Assembly: GCA_006546595.1 (NCBI GenBank)
Contig: VIAD01000007.1
Span: forward strand, 146,853-170,852
Origin: Moraxellaceae bacterium AER2_44_116
GTDB taxonomy: Bacteria; Pseudomonadota; Gammaproteobacteria; Pseudomonadales; Moraxellaceae
Direction: 5' to 3'
Length of the DNA stretch: 24,000 nucleotides
Shown here: in pieces, positions 15,414 through 24,000 of the stretch
Numbering within the stretch: the first letter of the stretch is position 1
Layout: every line of letters begins with the position of its first letter
Made by a program: the position numbers and the translations under genes
The notes under the pieces: model-generated
Databases searched by the model: none
Told to the model about the DNA's origin: nothing
Seen by the model: only the letters and a program-made list of their open reading frames with translations

Positions 15414-17690
15414 TTACTTACTCCGATGCTCAAACACGCCCATCCAATCATCAGGCAACAACTCATAACGCAACTCATCAATACGCTCTAAGTACATACT
15501 GTATAACTTACGATTAGGATCTCCTTTATGTAACTCACGAAGGATTTTTTCTGCGGCATCCCATTCACGGCTGTAGTAATGCGCTAAGGCAGCGTTGTAT
15601 TGCTCAACGCGTTTAATTCGACCTTCACTCGCATGTTCTAACCGACAGACAGGCTCATACACACAGACTGGCTCGCGCTTACCTTTGACAATAATTTTAT
15701 CGACAATACGATATAAAAATTGGGGGGCTAAATCATAAGTACCCTCGCCGACTAACAACTTTAAATCATAAAACTTAGTTAAACTTTCTAAGCGTGAACC
15801 TAAATTGACGGCATCACCTAAAACCGTATAAGTCCGACGATACATTGATCCCATGTCACCCACGTTCATAAAACCCGTGTTAATACCCACGCCAACATTC
15901 ACTTCTGGCAAGCCTTTGGCAACAAAAATGGGTTTCAACTCCTCTACTTTTTGCAACATACTCAATGCCGCATCAATCGCATGTTCCGCATGGTCGGCAT
16001 CTAATAGTGGCGCGTTCCAAAAAGCCATGACCATATCGCCCACATATTTATCAATTGTACCGTTATGCTCAAAAATAATGCCTGTAATGGGGGTAAAAAA
16101 CTCATTGAGCAACTGCTTGAGCTTGGTCGCTTTTAAGCCTTCTGAAATCGTCGTAAAGCCCCGAATATCCGAAAACAAAACCGTCATGTGACGCGACTCA
16201 CCATCTAAACCCGCTAAGTGATGATTTTCTAGCATCCGCTCGACATGAGCAGGAGGAACATACTGCCCAAACAACATTTTCAACTCACGTTTTTGGGTAT
16301 TCGTACGCAAAAAGCCTGAGCCAATATTGAGAATCGCAATACAAAATGTTGATAAAATCAGAATCGCTAATGGTAAATCATAATGTGCGGCTTTCCATGC
16401 TGCCAAGTTTGTCAGTATTAATACCGCTAACCAGCCTCCAGCAACCGCCAACATAAACGCGGGTTCAAGCATCGGCAAAATCCATACAAAGGCTAAACCA
16501 CTGAGTAATAAAATCACAAAGGTTAAGCCCGGCTCCCAGTCAGGACGGTAATACATGTGAGTCACAGTATCGGTGCTTTGAATAATGGCATCTAATAAAT
16601 TGGCGTGAACTTCTACCCCTGGATAACCCGTTTCCAGTGGTGTCGTGCGTAAGTCAGTTAAACCTAATGCAGATGTACCGACCAATACAATTGCACCTTT
16701 TAATGAGGGAATCGCATTAGGATTGCTTAAAACATCAGTTGCAGAAATATAGGGATAGCTGTGTGCTCGACCTTTATACGGAATCAAAGCAACACCCGAT
16801 TCATCGGTATGAATAATCGTATTGCCCACCGCGATGGACTCTAATCGTAGTTGATTGCCACTTTTAATCGTTTGTAACTTCACAAATGGAGCGTTGAGAT
16901 AAATTCTTGCCAACTCTAAAGAAAGCGCACTATATAAACCATTTTCATAACGTAATACTAAGGGCGAGCGACGCATCACACCATCCGTATCAGGTAGTGT
17001 GGTGACAAAGCCAGCCCCTAAAACACTTTGGGAAAATATCGCTAAGTTGCCCGTATAATCAGGCATAAAATTAATGCTAAGCTTTTCTTTATCTTTGTTT
17101 TCTATTTTTAGAATCGGTGGCGGCAATGCCCCGACATGAATACCACCCGCACTATGCAGAAAATAGCCCAAAACAGTATTTTGCGAAATCACCTTCGTAA
17201 ATTGGCTATCACCATCCAATTGACTCACTAAAGGCTGCAATTCAGCACTGGCACTCGCCGATAATTGACCACTCGCTAATACTTGGCTGACAGGGTTAAG
17301 CTCTTCTTCCGAAAACACCACGTCAAAGCCAATTAACCGCACTTGCTGTTTTTGTAATGCCTGTACTAACGCGGCCAACTTAGCGCGTGACCACGGCCAC
17401 CGCCCTTCTTTTTTTAGACTTAATTCGTCAACATCAATAATCACAATCGGCACATTTTCCGCACGTTTAGGGGTAAATGCCTGAAAACGCCAATCATAAA
17501 CCAAGGTATCCATGCGCTGTAACAAATGGTCGGCTGTACTATTGGGTTTATTTAAAGCGATTAAATCGAGAAGGATAAAACAACCTAAAATAACCAACCC
17601 CATCCAAATCGGAAAACGCTTTAACTGCTTTTTGAGTATATTCAACATGAAAATTTGCATCCCATCGTTATTTTTCTGTCGCAGTTGCAT
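15414..17690 (-). CDS. Adenylate cyclase with N-terminal CHASE2 sensor domain (start possibly MLNILKK at about 17652)
   Basis: CHASE2-like extracellular region (YDWRFQAFTPKRAENVPIVIIDVDELSLKKEGRWPWSRAKLAALVQAL...IGFDVVFSE), TM segments, and class III cyclase motifs (FSDIRGFT, IDKYVGDMVMAFW, YTVLGDAVNLGSRLE). Confidence 0.92.
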   Translation of the reverse strand: MQLRQKNNDGMQIFMLNILKKQLKRFPIWMGLVILGCFILLDLIALNKPNSTADHLLQRMDTLVYDWRFQAFTPKRAENVPIVIIDVDELSLKKEGRWPWSRAKLAALVQALQKQQVRLIGFDVVFSEEELNPVSQVLASGQLSASASAELQPLVSQLDGDSQFTKVISQNTVLGYFLHSAGGIHVGALPPPILKIENKDKEKLSINFMPDYTGNLAIFSQSVLGAGFVTTLPDTDGVMRRSPLVLRYENGLYSALSLELARIYLNAPFVKLQTIKSGNQLRLESIAVGNTIIHTDESGVALIPYKGRAHSYPYISATDVLSNPNAIPSLKGAIVLVGTSALGLTDLRTTPLETGYPGVEVHANLLDAIIQSTDTVTHMYYRPDWEPGLTFVILLLSGLAFVWILPMLEPAFMLAVAGGWLAVLILTNLAAWKAAHYDLPLAILILSTFCIAILNIGSGFLRTNTQKRELKMLFGQYVPPAHVERMLENHHLAGLDGESRHMTVLFSDIRGFTTISEGLKATKLKQLLNEFFTPITGIIFEHNGTIDKYVGDMVMAFWNAPLLDADHAEHAIDAALSMLQKVEELKPIFVAKGLPEVNVGVGINTGFMNVGDMGSMYRRTYTVLGDAVNLGSRLESLTKFYDLKLLVGEGTYDLAPQFLYRIVDKIIVKGKREPVCVYEPVCRLEHASEGRIKRVEQYNAALAHYYSREWDAAEKILRELHKGDPNRKLYSMYLERIDELRYELLPDDWMGVFEHRSK

Positions 17691-17986
17691 GTATTACGTA
17701 CTACGACTACATCTTGCTCGTTAAGATATGTTAGCCTTGCTGAGAATCATAACGCCGATTCGCGTGAAAAGCATAGAACGTTCAATAGTTTCTCGAGGCA
17801 AAATACAAAAGACAAGTGGTAGGACGGATAAATGTGTCTCTTTCTCGCTTCTGATGATTCCCTAAAAACACCACAATATGAGCCTCCTAATTCTTGTAAT
17901 ATGCACACGTTTATCACATACAAAAAAATGCCATTCATTGATGTCAGTCCAAGGGGTTCTAACCCTGACCAAAAGGCTCATTAACT

Positions 17987-20173
17987 ATGCTATTAGAGAA
18001 TGCGTGGGAAACCTTTTTTATTCTAGGATTTATTTTAGCATCTAGTTTATTACCCTCGTTGGCTCGTCAGTCCTTTTCGTTATGGTGGCGCAGTCACACG
18101 GTTGCTCTCACTCAGGCATTGATGATAAGTGCCTATACTTTTCTGCCAGACACTGTTAGCCGCTCAACGCTTCCCGTACTTTGCACTCTCGCATTTGTCA
18201 GTCTGAGTGAGCAAGTTCGCTTCTTATGCGTACCACAAGACCGGCTACGAACAATAGTGCTGGGATATTTAGCCTTTTTGGTTGGCACAACCTGTATTCT
18301 CTATTTTTTACCCGCCTCATTTGCTTTTAGTGTCAGCGGCTGCCTTGCCATTATCAGCTTCGTTTGTTTATTGTTATTGACTCATTATAAAAACACATTT
18401 CATTTTATTCATATTCAACAACTCCTTATATGTACACTGCTGCTCACCATCGCCAGTCTTTTATTATTGACTACTGTTTATTGGCAATTAGAGTCTCTGC
18501 TAATACATCAACTCATTTTAATTTGTATCATGAGTAGTGTTATTAGTAATCAGTGGGCATCCGTTCAATACCGTGCATTTCTACAAAGCAAAGATCATCA
18601 AACCGAAGAATACAGTCATCATCACCACAATCACGATGATGAGCATCAAAAAAATCTACAAAACCTTAGCCATGATATGCGAACGCCATTGAGCGGCATT
18701 TTAGGCATGGCGGAGTTATTATTAGAAACGCCTCTCAGTCCCGCACAACGCGAATATACCCAAACGATTCAATCTTCAGGTAACGCGCTCCTGCATTTAT
18801 TGGATGACCGCCTCGACACGACACGTCAACAAGATCAAGGCTTAACCATTTTAGAGGAAGTCTTTGAAGCCGCAGAGTTGCTTAACTACTGCTTAGATTT
18901 ATTCAAAAATGAAGCTGAAAATAAAAATATTGAACTGGTTGGCTATCTTGACTCTACCCTACCTAAACATTTACTCGGTGATGCGGTTAGGTTACGGCAA
19001 GTCATGTCGCGTTTGATTCATAATGCGATTCGATTTACCGATATTGGTGAAGTGGTTATTAGTATTCGCAGTGTGATTTGGCAAAATGACTTAGGCGTAC
19101 AATTTAGTGTTCAAGACACAGGCATTGGCATGAATGAATCTACGTTAACGACGTTATTCATCCCACAAATGCAAGAAAATACCCATGAAGCGTGGTACAC
19201 AGGGCCGAATATTGCCACTTGCGCCCAACTTGTGACGGCTATGTCAGGTAAATTAACCGTCACGAGCGCATTGTATGAAGGAACAATGGCGGCATTTAGT
19301 TTGCCCTTAAAAACACCCAACAGCGTTTTCACCGACTCAACTACCGAATTTATCGCCTCGTTTGCCAGTAAACGGTTGTTGATTGTCGATGATAATCGCA
19401 CGGTGAGTAAAGTCTTAGCCGAGCAAGCAACACAATGGGGAATGCGTGTCAGCTCCGCCGAAAGTGGTACAGAAGCCTTAGCTGTCGCACGTAATGCCGC
19501 CAATTTAGGTCAGTCTTTTGATGTCATTATCATGGATTACCAAATGCCTGGCATGAGTGGCTTACAACTCGGCGCACGCCTCAAACAAGATGCACTGATT
19601 ACCAATGATGTCATTTTGATTATGTTAACAGGGTTACGGCAGAACAATATTCAAACACTGGCGCGTAATGCTGGTATTCATCGCGTCATCAGTAAACCCA
19701 TCACCAGTAAACAACTACGGCAAGCGATTAGCCAAGAATTGAAACGCCTACAAAGTGTCAATCGCCCTGAGCTCAACAATGAAGACTCACAGCTAGGACG
19801 AATTAAAGTATTGGTTGCCGAAGACAATCAACTCAGCCAAAAAGTCATTCGTGGCATGTTACAAAAGTTAGGGGTTAACCATAGCTTAGTGAATAATGGG
19901 CGCGAAGCGGTACAAGCGGTGATGCGCGAACATTTTGATATTATTCTCATGGATTGTGACATGCCCTTTGTTGATGGCTATACCGCGACACAAGAAATCA
20001 GGCATTGGGAACAACAAGAAGGTCGAGATGCCTTGCCGATCTTGGCGTTGACGGCACATATATTAGAAGAACAAAAACAAAAAGCGATAAACTCAGGCAT
20101 GAATGAACATTTGAGCAAACCTATTGAGCTGGGCGACTTGCAAAATGCACTCTTGCGTTGGTGTCCACACTAA
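17987..20173 (+). CDS. Membrane hybrid histidine kinase with two receiver domains, atypical HATPase G2 region
   Basis: 728 aa. N-terminal TM region, H-box LSHDMRTPLSGI, N-box-like LRQVMSRLIHNAIRFT, G1 DTGIGM, then receivers RLLIVDDN...DVIIMDYQMPGMSG and KVLVAEDN...DIILMDCDMPFVDG. Confidence 0.9.
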   Translation: MLLENAWETFFILGFILASSLLPSLARQSFSLWWRSHTVALTQALMISAYTFLPDTVSRSTLPVLCTLAFVSLSEQVRFLCVPQDRLRTIVLGYLAFLVGTTCILYFLPASFAFSVSGCLAIISFVCLLLLTHYKNTFHFIHIQQLLICTLLLTIASLLLLTTVYWQLESLLIHQLILICIMSSVISNQWASVQYRAFLQSKDHQTEEYSHHHHNHDDEHQKNLQNLSHDMRTPLSGILGMAELLLETPLSPAQREYTQTIQSSGNALLHLLDDRLDTTRQQDQGLTILEEVFEAAELLNYCLDLFKNEAENKNIELVGYLDSTLPKHLLGDAVRLRQVMSRLIHNAIRFTDIGEVVISIRSVIWQNDLGVQFSVQDTGIGMNESTLTTLFIPQMQENTHEAWYTGPNIATCAQLVTAMSGKLTVTSALYEGTMAAFSLPLKTPNSVFTDSTTEFIASFASKRLLIVDDNRTVSKVLAEQATQWGMRVSSAESGTEALAVARNAANLGQSFDVIIMDYQMPGMSGLQLGARLKQDALITNDVILIMLTGLRQNNIQTLARNAGIHRVISKPITSKQLRQAISQELKRLQSVNRPELNNEDSQLGRIKVLVAEDNQLSQKVIRGMLQKLGVNHSLVNNGREAVQAVMREHFDIILMDCDMPFVDGYTATQEIRHWEQQEGRDALPILALTAHILEEQKQKAINSGMNEHLSKPIELGDLQNALLRWCPH

Positions 20174-20196
20174 GCTTCCCCCTTGAACTGAGTCCC

Positions 20197-20244
20197 TTCG
20201 ACTCCGCTCAGGGAGCGTTTTTCTGTTGGCTGAGCGGAGTCGAA
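20197..20244 (+). repeat. 48-bp inverted-repeat element, copy 3 (perfect 15-bp arms)
   Basis: TTCGACTCCGCTCAG-GGAGCGTTTTTCTGTTGG-CTGAGCGGAGTCGAA, just after the hybrid kinase stop. Confidence 0.85.
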
Positions 20245-20290
20245 GCTAACCCAAAAATCTCGTCAACGCCCCAATATTCAACAGAACCTA

Positions 20291-21337
20291 TTACGGTGCA
20301 ATCCAAAAACCGCTACTTTCAGGATGATTTTCTGGTAATAACGTTTTTAATTCCATGTCATGCGTCGTTAACTCCGTGATCAGTTCCATTGAACCACGTC
20401 GATACAAGGTCACTGCGCCAACCGCAAACGGTGTCATTTTAATCACCGAGCGGCCACCCAACGCGCGTTCTGCATGCCACCCTACCCACGCTTGCATACG
20501 CGGATTGCGACCATCAATATCAACGTTCAAACCATAATCGGCATTTAGAAACGTGATGCGCCAGCGATAATTATCTAATGCCTCAACATGATGACGGAAA
20601 CTTTGCCGTACTTGATTAAAGTGATGCCATCGGCCATGTATCTTTAATGAAGCCATACTCAAATAGGGGCTAGTCAACAGTTTGCCCACACTTAAACGCG
20701 CACTAAAACCGTAAAAAAATGCGTCTCTATCTTCTATAAAATGACTACATTGTGCTGCTGCATATTCAACAGGATAACCATCCCCCCAATAGTGATGATT
20801 AGAACCCGAAAACTCACCTGACAATGATAAACCCGCACATTGAATTTTTCCGTAATATCTTAAAAAGCAATCACGGACTTGTATTTTATGACGTGGCCAC
20901 GGCAATTGATAACATAGTGCTTGCGGAAATGGCTGCAATACTTCGTCATGTCGTTGCATATTTAGATGCCAACTCATAGAGCCTTGATGTGTATGTAATT
21001 TACCGCGCAAAACATCACGACTCACCTCAAAGAACGAACCTGTCGCAAAACTAAACGTACATTTTTCCCAATGATCGGCATGGTTTAATTGTGTTTGTTG
21101 AGTCGCAGACAATGCTTCTTGCTCATAAAAAGACTGAGTTTTTGTCGTTTTATGATCAAAACAGATCATAGCAACCGTGATTGAGCCATGCCCTAACCAC
21201 GGTTTAAACACCGTATGTTTGAGCGTAAACGCATAACGGCCATCGGCACTCAAGCCTCTAAAATCGAAGGTTTCATAAATACCCCGCTTGCTTGTTTTTA
21301 CGTGCATTTTGACAGGTGATACCATACAGACGCTCAT
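20291..21337 (-). CDS. Uncharacterised protein, possibly tocopherol-cyclase/CrtC-like beta-barrel fold
   Basis: 348 aa ORF. Segments such as GEFSGSNHHYWGDGYPVEYAAAQCSHF and FFYGFSARLSVGK resemble that superfamily only weakly. The start codon is uncertain. Confidence 0.6.
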   Translation of the reverse strand: MSVCMVSPVKMHVKTSKRGIYETFDFRGLSADGRYAFTLKHTVFKPWLGHGSITVAMICFDHKTTKTQSFYEQEALSATQQTQLNHADHWEKCTFSFATGSFFEVSRDVLRGKLHTHQGSMSWHLNMQRHDEVLQPFPQALCYQLPWPRHKIQVRDCFLRYYGKIQCAGLSLSGEFSGSNHHYWGDGYPVEYAAAQCSHFIEDRDAFFYGFSARLSVGKLLTSPYLSMASLKIHGRWHHFNQVRQSFRHHVEALDNYRWRITFLNADYGLNVDIDGRNPRMQAWVGWHAERALGGRSVIKMTPFAVGAVTLYRRGSMELITELTTHDMELKTLLPENHPESSGFWIAP

Positions 21338-21348
21338 TAAAAAACTCA

Positions 21349-21445
21349 GGACTTACGCATCGCGCCGCGATTAGCGCGTTTTGCGAGCATAAAGCCGCCT
21401 AAAGCGGCTGAAATGTGAACAAATAAGCGATAACCGCGTAAGTCC
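21349..21445 (+). repeat. Structured 97-bp element, copy B
   Basis: GGACTTACGC...GCGTAAGTCC with hairpins ATCGCGCCGCGAT and AGCCGCCTAAAGCGGCT. Outside the hairpins it has one difference from copy A. Confidence 0.88.
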
Positions 21446-21456
21446 TAAACTTAGGC

Positions 21457-22560
21457 TTAACCACCTAAATTCGCTTCAATCCTAAAAATCAAGGAGGACT
21501 TTACATCCCAACGTTGCTCTCGATAACGACTCAGATGCGGCTCTATTTCATAATATAACCAAGACCGCCAAAAAGATTGTCGATATAAGACAAATAAGCC
21601 GTCGCTTTGCAGTTGCCACTGAGGCCGCTGCACGCCCTCAAAGACAACACCATAAGAAATCGTTTTTTGCTGACCTAAACGATGCAATACACTCAAGTCT
21701 TGTGACCATCGCATACCAACGGGTTTAGGCTCATTTTGCCAATACTGCAAAGCATTACCAAAGCGAAATACCGTTTTGTCGTTGAGTAATCGTTCAAGTG
21801 CTAACTGCGTTAAGCTTTTTGCTTCTTCTTTAACACCATAACGAAATGTTTCTGTGGCATTAATAATTGTACTGTCACTGACTCGCCAAGAACGCTGTGC
21901 GCGTACACGGCCATAAATGTCGGGGGTCGAATGTAACCCTAAATCAAAGGTATATTTCACACGGGAAATGTAATCAGGAATCCAGCGAATAGCGGCACTG
22001 GTTTTGGGTTCAATATTACCCGCTGCAAGTTGATTACGCTCGGGATGCAGAGCGTCTTCATCATCACTCACCACCAAACGTAACCGTCTTTTGGCATTGG
22101 GTAACACCGCCGATGCGCGAAAACGAATTTTTGAGCTTAAACCCTCCGCCTCATACCAGTTCACATCATTGATTAAACGTAGCTTGAGTTTTGCTTCGTT
22201 AATATCATTAGTATGACCAAATAAACCATCAAACCATTGGGCGGTAGTTGCCGTTCTGTTGGATAAAAGACAGTGTTGCGAGTCTATCCAGCCTAAAAAT
22301 CGGCCTTCGGCATCTCGGCTAATACAATCAGTCATCGGCGGATCGAGATTTTTTTGGGGTTCTGAAGTCACAACAACCGACTTTTCTTCAATAATAGGAA
22401 CAACATTAGCCGTCGGGGTGTTTTCAGGCAGACGCAAATTTAAGTTTAAGGGTTCGTCACTCGCATGTACGGCACTTGTTATCAATATCCCTAAAGCTAA
22501 AGATAGTGCGAATAATCGCTGTTTCAGATAACCACTATTCATAGAAAAAAAATACGTCAC
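21457..22560 (-). CDS. Uncharacterised exported/envelope protein
   Basis: 367 aa with signal peptide LFALSLALGILITSAVHA. The remainder is rich in alternating aromatic/basic strands (RWSQDLSVLHRLGQQKTISYGVVFEG...WLYYEIEPHLSRYREQRWDVKSSLIFRIEANLG), suggesting an outer-membrane-like beta protein. Confidence 0.65.
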   Translation of the reverse strand: MTYFFSMNSGYLKQRLFALSLALGILITSAVHASDEPLNLNLRLPENTPTANVVPIIEEKSVVVTSEPQKNLDPPMTDCISRDAEGRFLGWIDSQHCLLSNRTATTAQWFDGLFGHTNDINEAKLKLRLINDVNWYEAEGLSSKIRFRASAVLPNAKRRLRLVVSDDEDALHPERNQLAAGNIEPKTSAAIRWIPDYISRVKYTFDLGLHSTPDIYGRVRAQRSWRVSDSTIINATETFRYGVKEEAKSLTQLALERLLNDKTVFRFGNALQYWQNEPKPVGMRWSQDLSVLHRLGQQKTISYGVVFEGVQRPQWQLQSDGLFVLYRQSFWRSWLYYEIEPHLSRYREQRWDVKSSLIFRIEANLGG

Positions 22561-22674
22561 TCTTTGCTCCCTTAATTGAGAAGATGAGCATAGCGAGTGA
22601 ATGATAGTAAAGGAATAGAAAACACAAAGACTAACGAAAAACTAGCAGTTCAGAATATTTTTCCGACTTCATAA

Positions 22675-22691
22675 GGGTACAACGTGTACCC
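22675..22691. repeat. Short palindrome GGGTACA-ACG-TGTACCC
   Basis: Perfect 7-bp arms with 3-bp spacer, read directly. Confidence 0.5.
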
Positions 22692-22702
22692 TATGTCTGT
22701 CA

Positions 22703-22726
22703 TTGGGGCGGATAAATCCGCCCCAA
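22703..22726 (-). terminator. Strong hairpin TTGGGGCGGA-TAAA-TCCGCCCCAA downstream of the acyl-CoA dehydrogenase
   Basis: Perfect 10-bp GC-rich arms with 4-nt loop, 10 nt past the stop codon. No following U-tract on either strand. Confidence 0.5.
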
Positions 22727-22736
22727 CAGGTACGAC

Positions 22737-24000
22737 TTAGAAATAAGACATCTCAAAGTTCATCACCGCATCCGAACCTGACTTCAATGACGCTAAACGC
22801 GAAGTCAACTCTGGCAACATGCGTGTCGTGAAGAATTGCGCTAAACGCAATTTATCTGCATAGAACACGTCATCTTTACCAACGGCCGCTTTGGACATTT
22901 TTGCCCACATATAGGCATAACACAACAAACCAAACGCATGAAGATAGTCAACCGCTGCGGCATTGATTTCGTCAGGATTACGGTTTGCTTGTTCAATGAC
23001 CCATTGTGTCGCCACTTCAATTTCTTTCGCTGCTTGCTCTAAGGCATTATGAATAAACGCCAAGTTAGCATCGCCCGCCAAGGTTGCATTAAAGTCACGG
23101 ATTTCCGCAATAAACGAAGCCACAAACACACCATTATTTTTGGCAACTTTACGTCCCATTAAATCTTGTGCTTGTACGCCGTTAGTGCCTTCGTAAATTT
23201 GGGCAATACGGGTATCACGGACATATTGTTCCATGCCCCATTCACGAATAAAACCATGACCACCAAATACTTGCTGTGCTTCTACACAAGCATCAAAACC
23301 TTTATCGGTTAAGTAGGCTTTAACAACAGGAGTCAACAAAGCAACACGGTCAGCGGCGGCTTGGCTAACGGCAGGGTCATCGCTATATTTTGTTTGGTCA
23401 AGAATTTGTGCGGCGTACATCGCGAAGCAACGTGCGGCTTCGTTATGAGCGCGTACACGCAACAACATCCGACGCACATCAGGATGAACCAATAAGCTAT
23501 CGGCCATTTTTTCAGGCATTTTTGCGCCAGTTGCCGAACGGCCTTGTAGACGGTCACGGGCATAAGCGGCTGCATTTTGGTAAGCCGCCTCGGACGCGCC
23601 TAAACCTTGAATACCCATCGACAAACGCTCGTAATTCATCATCACAAACATTGCCGCCAAGCCTTGATTCACTTTACCAATCAAAAAACCTTTAGCACTG
23701 TCAAAGTTCATCACACAAGTTGCTGAACCTTTGATACCCATTTTATGTTCGATAGAACCAGCGGCCGCAGGATTACGCGCACCTAAAGAACCATCTTCGT
23801 TCACTAAAAACTTAGGTACGAGGAACAAAGAAATACCGCGTGAACCTGCGGGTGCATCGGGTAATTTAGCTAATACCAAATGAACAATATTCTCGGTTAA
23901 ATCGTGCTCACCACCCGTAATGAAGATTTTTGTGCCACTAATAGCATAACTACCGTCAGCCAATGGCTCAGCTTTAGTCCGAATAATACCCAAGTCTGTA
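22737..24000 (-). CDS. Acyl-CoA dehydrogenase (about 600-aa, DmdC-like family), 5' end outside window
   Basis: GTKIFITGGEHDLTENIVHLVLAKLPDAPAGSRGISLFLVPKFL, GSIEHKMGIKGSATCVMNFDSAKGFLIG, and VFGGHGFIREWGMEQYVRDTRIAQIYEGTNGVQAQDLMGRK. The frame stays open to the window edge (…TDLGIIRTKAE), so the listed start (a TTG codon) is not the real one. Confidence 0.93.
   Translation of the reverse strand, partial: TDLGIIRTKAEPLADGSYAISGTKIFITGGEHDLTENIVHLVLAKLPDAPAGSRGISLFLVPKFLVNEDGSLGARNPAAAGSIEHKMGIKGSATCVMNFDSAKGFLIGKVNQGLAAMFVMMNYERLSMGIQGLGASEAAYQNAAAYARDRLQGRSATGAKMPEKMADSLLVHPDVRRMLLRVRAHNEAARCFAMYAAQILDQTKYSDDPAVSQAAADRVALLTPVVKAYLTDKGFDACVEAQQVFGGHGFIREWGMEQYVRDTRIAQIYEGTNGVQAQDLMGRKVAKNNGVFVASFIAEIRDFNATLAGDANLAFIHNALEQAAKEIEVATQWVIEQANRNPDEINAAAVDYLHAFGLLCYAYMWAKMSKAAVGKDDVFYADKLRLAQFFTTRMLPELTSRLASLKSGSDAVMNFEMSYF

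Noticed and set aside
17691-17986. Possible functional small RNA between the cyclase and kinase genes
   Set aside because: I found no convincing long inverted repeat, promoter or terminator by eye; it is best treated as a divergent promoter region.
19111-19503. 130-aa minus-strand ORF inside the hybrid kinase
   Set aside because: Antisense to the HATPase and receiver coding region, with no recognisable domain.
20197-20244. Classical rho-independent terminator after the hybrid kinase
   Set aside because: The stem is strong but the T-run is in the loop rather than 3' of the stem, and the same structure recurs elsewhere, so it was classed as a dispersed repeat.
22737-23993. Start codon of the acyl-CoA dehydrogenase ORF at 23993 (MGIIRTKAE)
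   Set aside because: The codon is TTG and the frame continues open to the window edge as ...TDLGIIRTKAE, typical of the middle of this family, so the gene is truncated by the window.

Overview
The window reads as a gammaproteobacterial-type chromosome segment with normal coding density. No rRNA, tRNA, CRISPR array or intact transposase was recognised. Main content: (1) an EmrAB/TolC-type efflux module (partial DHA2 MFS pump, HlyD-family adaptor, divergent TetR regulator, TolC-like outer membrane factor); (2) a probable hydrocarbon oxidation island, about 4.0-12.9 kb, with a 2[4Fe-4S] ferredoxin, TetR, a Baeyer-Villiger-type flavin monooxygenase, an SDR, a ferredoxin reductase, an exported START-like protein, a CYP153-type P450, a [2Fe-2S] ferredoxin and a divergent AraC regulator; (3) an ArsR / CSC-motif permease / thioredoxin-like / OsmC module; (4) a divergent pair made of a CHASE2-adenylate cyclase and a hybrid histidine kinase with a degenerate G2 box; (5) two poorly characterised proteins and a partial acyl-CoA dehydrogenase. 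The strongest unexplained signal is non-coding: a 97-bp element at 14738-14834 and 21349-21445, plus a strongly diverged third copy at about 4970-5063. It has complementary termini and internal hairpins whose stem sequences differ between copies while pairing is kept, so it looks like a structured mobile or RNA element. Also present are a 48-bp family with 15-bp arms and an invariant 18-nt spacer (3 copies), a single MITE-like element, and several good operator candidates, including a 21-bp-period direct repeat next to the AraC gene.
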